A stretch of DNA of 64,000 nt from the human T2T-CHM13v2.0 reference genome, Homo sapiens: assembly GCF_009914755.1 (NCBI RefSeq), contig NC_060939.1, one strand, 5' to 3'. Each line of letters starts with the position of its first letter. Within the stretch, counting starts at the first letter, position 1. A model generated the notes under the pieces. That model saw nothing but the letters and a program-made list of their open reading frames with translations. It was not told the DNA's origin and did not search any database. Shown piece by piece: positions 53,961 through 64,000 of the stretch. A program made the position numbers and the translations under genes.

Positions 53961-56107
53961 AGCCGACTACTAAGATAACCAAGCAGAGACTTCAGTGGCC
54001 ACATATTTAAAAAATGCGAAGTTTACAGAACTAGCTGAGAAGAGCCACTAAATGAACAACAACAAACAAGAACCCTTCAGCCTGTGGAGGACGGATAACC
54101 CGATTTCCAGACTTGCTACATTATTTCCAATGTCCAATTTTCAAGACAAAATTTATAAGACATTCAAAGAAACAAGTATGGCCCATTCATGGGGGAAAAA
54201 ATCACTAAAAATGGTCCCTGACAAAGGGCAGACATTACATGTATTAGACAAAGACTCTAGCTATTTTCAATATGTATGAAGAGCTAAAGGATACCATATC
54301 TGGCTGTGGACAATGGCTCTGTAATCCCAGCACTTTGAGAGGCCCAGAACGAAGGATCACTTGAGGCCAGGAGTTCAAGCCAAGCCTGGGCAACATAGCA
54401 AGGCTCCATTGCTACAAAAAACAAAACAACGGGCCAGGTGCAGTGGCTCACACCTGTAATCCCAGCACTTTGGGAGGCCGAGGCAGGCGGATCACAAGGT
54501 CAGGAGATTGAGAGCATCCTGGCTAACAGGGTGAAACCCTGTCTCTACTAAAATACAAAAAATTAGCTGGGCATGGTAGTGGGCACCTGTAGTCCCAGCT
54601 ACTCAGGAGGCTGATGCAGGAGAATGGTGAGAACCCAGGAGGCGGAGCTTGCAGTGAGCCGAGATTGATCGCGCCACTACACTCCAGCCTGGGTGACAGA
54701 GCAAGACTCCATCTCAAAAAAAAAAAAAAAGACAGAAACAAGAAACCATATCCAAGGAACTAAAGTATGAGAATAATGTCTCACCAAATAGAGAATATTA
54801 CTAAAGAGACAGAAATTACATATAAAAAAGAACCAATTAGAAATTCTAGAGCTGAAAGGTATAATAACTGCAATGAAAAATTCACTACAGGGGCTCAACA
54901 GCAGATTTAAAAAGAAAAACAATCAGCAAGGCTGAAGATACAGACATGGAGATTATCCAGTCTGAGGACAAGAAACTACAGAGCCACAGAGACATCTGGG
55001 ATACAGTCAAGTATACCAAGATACACATATTAGAAGTCCCAAAGCAGATGAGGGAAAGAGACAGAATATGTGAAGAAATAATGGCAGAAAACGTTGATGA
55101 AAAACATTAATCTACATATTCAAAAAATCCAATGAACTGCAAGTAGGATAAGCTCAAAGAGACCTACACCAAGACACATTAAATGGTCAAAAGCCGGAGA
55201 CATAGAAAGGGCAAAACTGCAAGAGAGAAGCAATCATCATATATGACATACAAGGGATTTTCAATAACATTAATAGCTGATTTCTTACCAGAAATTGTGG
55301 AGCCAGAAGGCAGTAGGATGACATACTGAGGGAGTTAAAAGAAGAAACTCAACCAAGAATTTTTTATCACCAACACGATCCTTCAAGAATGGAGAAATTA
55401 AGACATTCCTAGACAAAAAGGGAGTTTGTCACTAGCAGACCTCCCCTACAACAAATACTAAAGAGCATCTTTCCCAGTGAAGTGAAAGAATGCTAGACAG
55501 TTACTTTAATCCACATGAAGTAATAAAGAAGACCAAAAAAGATAACTACATAGGTAAATATAATAGAGAGTATATTTTTGTCTTTTTTTTCTCCTATCAG
55601 ATTTAAAAGATAACCAAATGGGGGCGGGATAAGAAGGTATTGGTAAAAGGGTACAAAGTTTTGACCAGGATAAAAAAGTTCTGAAGAGCCATTGTATAGA
55701 ATGACGGTAACTATAGTTGTATAGTTGTATACAACTATACAATGTATTCTATAGTTGTACTTGCTGAGATTTTAGATGTTCTCACCACAAAAATGTAAGT
55801 ATGTGAGGTAATGAATATATTAGCTTTAATCATTTCACAGCGTATACATATATCAGAACATCACACTGTACACCATAAAGTTCTCATTTGTCAATTATAT
55901 CTTAAAGCTAGGAAGAAGACAAAAGATAGCTAAAGTTAATTATAAATCTGTATTGATAGGCACACCATGTATAAACACCTATTTGTGGCCGGGCACAGTG
56001 GCTCATGCCTGTAATCCTAGCACTTTGGGAGGCTGAGGTGGGCGGATCACCTGAGGTCGGGAGTTCGAGACCAGCCTGACCAACATGAAGAATCCCTGTC
56101 TCTACTA

Positions 56108-56266
<159 letters not shown>

Positions 56267-56402
56267 TCAAAAAAAAAGACATATTTGTAATACATTAACA
56301 GCACAAGAGGAGGAGAAAATAAAGCGATACTGGTGCAAAGTTTCTGTATACTACTGAAAATAAAATTGGTTATTATTTGACCTAGATTGTTAATATAAAT
56401 TA

Positions 56403-56534
<132 letters not shown>

Positions 56535-56766
56535 CTAAAAATACCAAAAAAATTAGCCGGGCATGGTGATGGGTACCTGGTATCCCAGCTACTCAGGAGG
56601 CTGAGGGAGAACTGCTTGAACCCAGGAGCTGAGGGGTTACAGTGACCCGAGATGGCACCACTGCACTCCAACCTGGGTGACACAGGGATACTCCGTCTCA
56701 AAAAAAAAAAAAAAAAGCTAGTTCTCAGCACATGCGCTAAGAAAATAACTTAAAAATACATAGTAA

Positions 56767-57256
<490 letters not shown>

Positions 57257-58146
57257 TTAAAGAAACAAGGAAATTAAAATGTCATAGGATTTTATACTAG
57301 AAAATATCTTAACACAAAAGAAAGCAGTAATGGAAGAATAGGGGGAAAAGACACAAGACATATGGAAAACAAACAGAAAAATGGCAGGTGTATATCTTAT
57401 CAGTAATTATATTAAATGTAGATGGATCAAACTCTTGAATAAATGACAGACTGACAGAATGGACTTTTTAAAAGCATGATCCAAATATATACTGCACAAC
57501 AGGAGATACACTTTAAGACTCAAAGACACAAATAGGGCTGGGCACGGTGGCTCACGCCTGTAATCCCAGCATTTTGGGAGGCTGAGGCAGGTGGATCACC
57601 TGAGGTCAGGAGTTCGAGACCAGCCTGGCCAACATGGTGAAACCCCGTCTCTACTAAAAATACAAAAATTACCCAGGTGTGGTGGTGTGTGCCTGTAGTC
57701 TCAGCTACTCGGGAGGCTGAGACAGGAGAATTGCTTGAACTGGGAAGCAGAAGTTGCAGTGAGCCAAGATCACACCACTGCACTCCAGCCTGGATGACAG
57801 AGCGAGACTCAAGTCTCAAGGAAAAAAACAAAGACACAAAAGACACAAATAGGTTGAAAGGATGGAAAAAAGTATACCCTGCAAATAATAACCAAATGAG
57901 AGGTAGAATAACTGTGCCTATTACCAGACAAAACAGACATTAAGACAAAAATTGTTACTAGAGATAAAGGAGGACATTTTATAATAAAAGGGTTAATCTA
58001 TCAAAAAAAATTTAACAATTATAAACACCAATGAACCTAACACAGACCACCAAAATATATGCAACAAAAACTGACAGAAATGATAGGAGAAACAGATACT
58101 TCAACAGTAACACTATTGCTGGAAACATCAATAGCTCACTTTCAGC

Positions 58147-59017
58147 AATGATGGACAGAAACTGCCTTACATGCTTAGAACCAGTAAGTTTCCCAGTCTT
58201 TGACAAGGGGCCCAGTATGCCCTCCACACTGAGCCAGACAGTTTACAACTCTGCAGTATTCTTCACTTCTTGTTTGTACAGAGCCTCAAGGTTAACCAGG
58301 AGAGAGAGCTTAGGGCCTTCTAATCTAATGCTTTCTTTCAAGCATGCAGGTTAGCCTAGATTCCCAGGAATATATTGAGTTTTTTATAAAGCCTCATATT
58401 TCATTCCCCAGCCTTTTAAGCTTTTTTGGTTAGCCTGTTGAGTTCCTAAACTGTTGCCTAATGCCTCAGGCACCTGGGATATTTAATAATTGCCTCTGAT
58501 TTTTTTTTTTAAACAAACTTTCCCTGGGAAATGGGAAATGGCTGGCTGTACTTGGTGAGCTCGGAGGTAGGTCAAATACAACCACATAAGTGGGGCCTTG
58601 TGTGTAACCATGTAAAAGGTCAAGTAATGACAATTCGTTGAGGATGGGGCTTGAGCTCCAACTGTTTTGTCCTTTCAGTGGCTTCCAGGCTGCTAATTTT
58701 TGCTGTGATGCAGGTTGCTGGTTTTCAGGGTTGTAGTAGAGCTAGGGAGGAAGGTATGAAAATAATACAAATTAAAAGGCCACAAAGAATGTTGTTCTTA
58801 CCAAGATTCAGCTATCTTGTTTTTAGTTTTTAAACAAATACTCCCCAGATTTCTGCAAGCTTTTGGTTTAATTTCCAGAGTTCTGACAAAGTTTATTGTG
58901 ACAATTTTTTGCTAGTGTTCTCATTGGTTTTTATGTAGGAAGAATTTCAGAGGTCCTTATTCTGCCATTTCACTAATATTACCCTGATCATTGATTTTAT
59001 TTTCATTTATTTATTTA
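58147..59017 (-). repeat. Inverted duplication, arm 2 (derived copy inserted into L1 ORF2 remnant)
   Basis: Interrupts an L1 endonuclease-like sequence: ttcagcAATG | insert | AATGtatagaacaa. Confidence 0.95.
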
Positions 59018-59466
59018 ATGTATAGAACAAGATGACAGTATCAGGAAGGAAACTGTATACTTGAACACTATAAAACAACTAGAACAGACACAAGATATTT
59101 CAATCTACAAAAGAAGAATACACAATCTTAAGTGTATATGAAATATTCTCCAGGACAGACCATATGTTAGTTAGGCCATGAAGTCTCAATAAATGTGAAA
59201 TGGCTGAAATCATACAAAGTACATTCTGCAACCACAAAAGAACAGAATTAGAAGTCAGTAACAGAAGGAAAACTGGAAAATTCTCAAAACGTGGAAATTA
59301 AACAACATACTCTTCATCAATGGATCGAAGAAGAAATCACAGGGCAATGAGAAAATACTTTGAGATAAAGAAACACACCATACTAAAACTTACGGCATGC
59401 AATGAAAATAATACTTGGAAAGTTGTAAAATCCTATGTTAAAGATTATGCTGAATGTCGTAGCTCA

Positions 59467-59781
<315 letters not shown>

Positions 59782-60129
59782 CTACCTAAAGAAACTAGAA
59801 AAAATAAACACAAAGCAAGTAGAGGAAGCAACAAAGATTAAAGTCGAAATAATGTCTAGAAAAACTATAAAAAAAAAAAACAGAAGTTGGTTCTTTGAAA
59901 AACATCTGCAAAACTGATAAACCTTGAGCTAGATTAACCAAGAAGAAATGAAAGTGGGTACAATACTACCAACCTTACAGAAAGTAAAAAAGAATATAAA
60001 TTACTATGGGCTGGCTGCAATGGCTCATGCCTGTAATCCCAGCACTTTGGGAGGCTGAAGTGGGTGGATCACCTGAGGTTGGGAGTTTGAGATCAGCCCA
60101 ATCAACATAGAAAAACTCCGTCTCTACTA

Positions 60130-60321
<192 letters not shown>

Positions 60322-60883
60322 TTATATGCCTGCAAATTAGAAAACATAGGTGAAATAAATTCTACAGCCAGAAATTACCAAAACTAACTCAAAGAAACAG
60401 ACAATCTGCATACGCTTTTAATGAACAAAAAGCCTGTATTAGTCATCAACAAACTTCCCAGAGAATAGTCCAAGACAAGAAAGCTTCGCTGGTGAATTCT
60501 ACCAAAAACCTAAAAAAGAATAAATACCAATTATTCACATGTACTTTTCCAAAAAGCAGACGAGGAGGGAACACTTTACAACTCAGTCATGAAGCAAGTA
60601 TTTCCCTGATACCAAAATCAGGCAGAGACCACAAGAAAACAAAATCATAGACCTATCTGTTTATTAATCTAAATGCAGTGGCATCTAAGATGGATTACAC
60701 ACTATGACCAAATGGGGTTTATCCTAAGAAGACAAGGTTGGTTCATTATAAGAAAAAAAATCAATAAAATATAATATTAATAGAACAAAAGTAAAAAAAA
60801 ATCACATGATCATCTCAATGGACACAGACAAGTATTTGATGAAAATCCAATACCCTTTCATGATAAAAATATTCAATAAACTA

Positions 60884-61385
<502 letters not shown>

Positions 61386-62356
61386 CTAGATGGAAAAAAA
61401 AGTAAAACTATCTTTATAGATGATACACCCAGAAGGCATGATCTTAGATGTAAAAAATCCTAAGAAATCACACACACAAAAATCCATGTACAAAAACCAG
61501 CTCTATTTCTATACACTAGCAATGAACAATCTGAAAATAAAATTAACAGTTTGACTTACAATAGCATGAAAAATAAATATACTTATGAATAAATTGCAAG
61601 ACTTGGACACTGAAAACTGTAAGAAATCACTGAAATAAATTAAAACAAAAAAAATCCCCAATTCATGCATTAGAAGACTTAATATTGTTAAGATGGCAAT
61701 AGTAGGCCAGGCACAGTGGCTCATGCTTATAATCTCAACGCTTTGGGAGGCTGAGGCAGGAGGACCCTTTGAGACCAGGAGTTCAAGACCAGCCTGGCCA
61801 ACATAGCAAGACCCCATCTCTACAAAAAAATAAAAATAAAAATTAGCCAGCAGCCACGGTGGCACACACCTGCAGTCCCTGATACTCAAGAGGCTGAGGC
61901 AGGAAGATCACTTGAGCCCAAGAAATCACGTCTCAAAAAAAAGAAAACCCCAAAAAACAAAAACACGATGATCTAATAATTTTCATCTCAATAAGTTTAA
62001 AAAAAACACACAGTAAATCAAACCCAAAGAAAACAATAGGAAAAAAAATAAATGACACATAAAAGAAATGTATAACAGAATCGGGGGAGGGAGGGATCAA
62101 AGCCAAAAGTTTATTTTAAAAAAAAGATTAGTAACACAGACAAAAAAAAGCAAACGTAATGTTAAGAAATACTGGAAATTTTGTAATCCCAGCACTTTGG
62201 GAAGCCGAGGTGGGCAGATCATGAGGTCAGGAGATCGAGACCATCCTGGCTAACACGGTGAAACCCTGTCTCCACTAAAAAAAAATACAAAAAAATAAGA
62301 TAAAATAAAAACTGGAAATTCTAAAACATCAGAAGAAGCTTTTACATAAACATTTA

Positions 62357-62800
<444 letters not shown>

Positions 62801-64000
62801 TCACACCTGTAATCCCAGCACTTTGGGAGTCCAAGGCGGGTGGGTCATGAGGTCAGAAGTTCAAGATCAGCCTGGCCAAGATGGTGAAACCCCATCTCTA
62901 TTAAAAATACAAAAATTAGCTGGGCAGGTGGCAGGCGCCTGTAATCCCAGCTACTCAGGAGGCTGAGGCAGGAGAATCGCTTGAACCTGGGGGGCGGAGG
63001 TTGCAGTAAGCCAAGACTGCACCACTGCACTCCAGCCTGGGCAACATAGTGAGACTCTGTCTCAAAAAAAAGAACAAACAAACAAACAAACAAACAAAAC
63101 AAACAAACAAAAAACTGAATCCACATTTTAAAAACTGTTCCTCAAAAAAACAAAAACAAACAAAAACACACTCCAGGCCCAAGTGGCTTCAGCAATGAAT
63201 TATATCAAAATTTAAGGAAGACTATTATAAATTTCACACAAGCTCTTCTCAAGAACAGCGAGGAAAAAAAAAAACTTTTCAAGAAGCTAATGATTTGCTT
63301 CAAGAAGCTAACGACTCTGACACCAGGGATATTTTAAGGAAAGAAAATTACAAGCTTATCTCTTATGTGCATGAATACAAAAATCCTGAAGACAACATTT
63401 ACAAATGAAATCCAAACAATATACTAAATAAAATATATTATGAACAACTTGAGTTAATTCCAGGAATGCGAAGTTGGCTTTACTTTGGTATTCTTTCCTG
63501 AATGTTATTCCTACATCTATAGAATAAAGGAGAAAGGTTAAATGAATAGATGCAGAAAAGCTGATATAATTTAATAACATTCATGATTTTATGTTTGTTT
63601 TCTTGGGGGTTTTTTTGTTTTGTTTTGTTTTTTTGGAGACAGTGTCTGGCTGTGTCACCCAGGCTGGAGTGCAGCGGCACGATCTTGGCTCACTGCAATC
63701 TCCACCTCCTGAGCTCAAGCGATCCTCCCACCTCAGCCCCAAGTAACTGGGACTACAGGTACGTGCCACCACACCCGGCTTTTCATACTTTTGTACAGAT
63801 GGGGTTTCACTACATTGCCCAGGCTGGTCTCTAACCACCTCAACCTCCCCAAGTGCTGGGATTATAGACATGAGCCACTGCATCCTGCAGATTTTCTTTT
63901 TTTAAAAGCCTCTTGGCAAAGTCTGAAAAGAACTTTCTTAATCAGATAAAAAACATTCACAACTTCAGCATATTTAAAGGAGAAATGCTAAGAAGTTCAC

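Noticed and set aside
58147-59017. L1 twin-priming inversion as the origin of the inverted segment
   Set aside because: Twin priming inverts but does not duplicate. The copy includes a flanking Alu tail and is far less diverged than the L1.

Overview
Human genomic DNA, identified by human-specific AluYa5 and AluYb8 insertions. The window covers the middle of CPEB1 (cytoplasmic polyadenylation element binding protein 1), transcribed on the minus strand. Six internal coding exons (2717-21766) splice with GT-AG boundaries and consistent phases, giving the protein from (D)FQDSEE through the PEST/NES region and RRM1 to MRCKE. The upstream and downstream exons are outside the window. Positions 21767-64000 are one long intron containing about 40 Alus, nested decayed L1s, a near full-length Tigger1, a solo ERV LTR and a tailless 5S rRNA retrocopy. 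The most unusual structure is a recent inverted duplication of about 870 bp at about 98% identity (53081-53960 vs 58147-59017) with microhomology junctions, which would fold the pre-mRNA into a long duplex. Other leads are a frame-preserving 57-nt candidate cassette exon, a tandem-duplicated 5' splice site in RRM1, UGCAUG motifs downstream of four exons, and a putative internal promoter with a uORF. Repeat subfamily names come from remembered consensus sequences, not a database search, and repeat boundaries are approximate.
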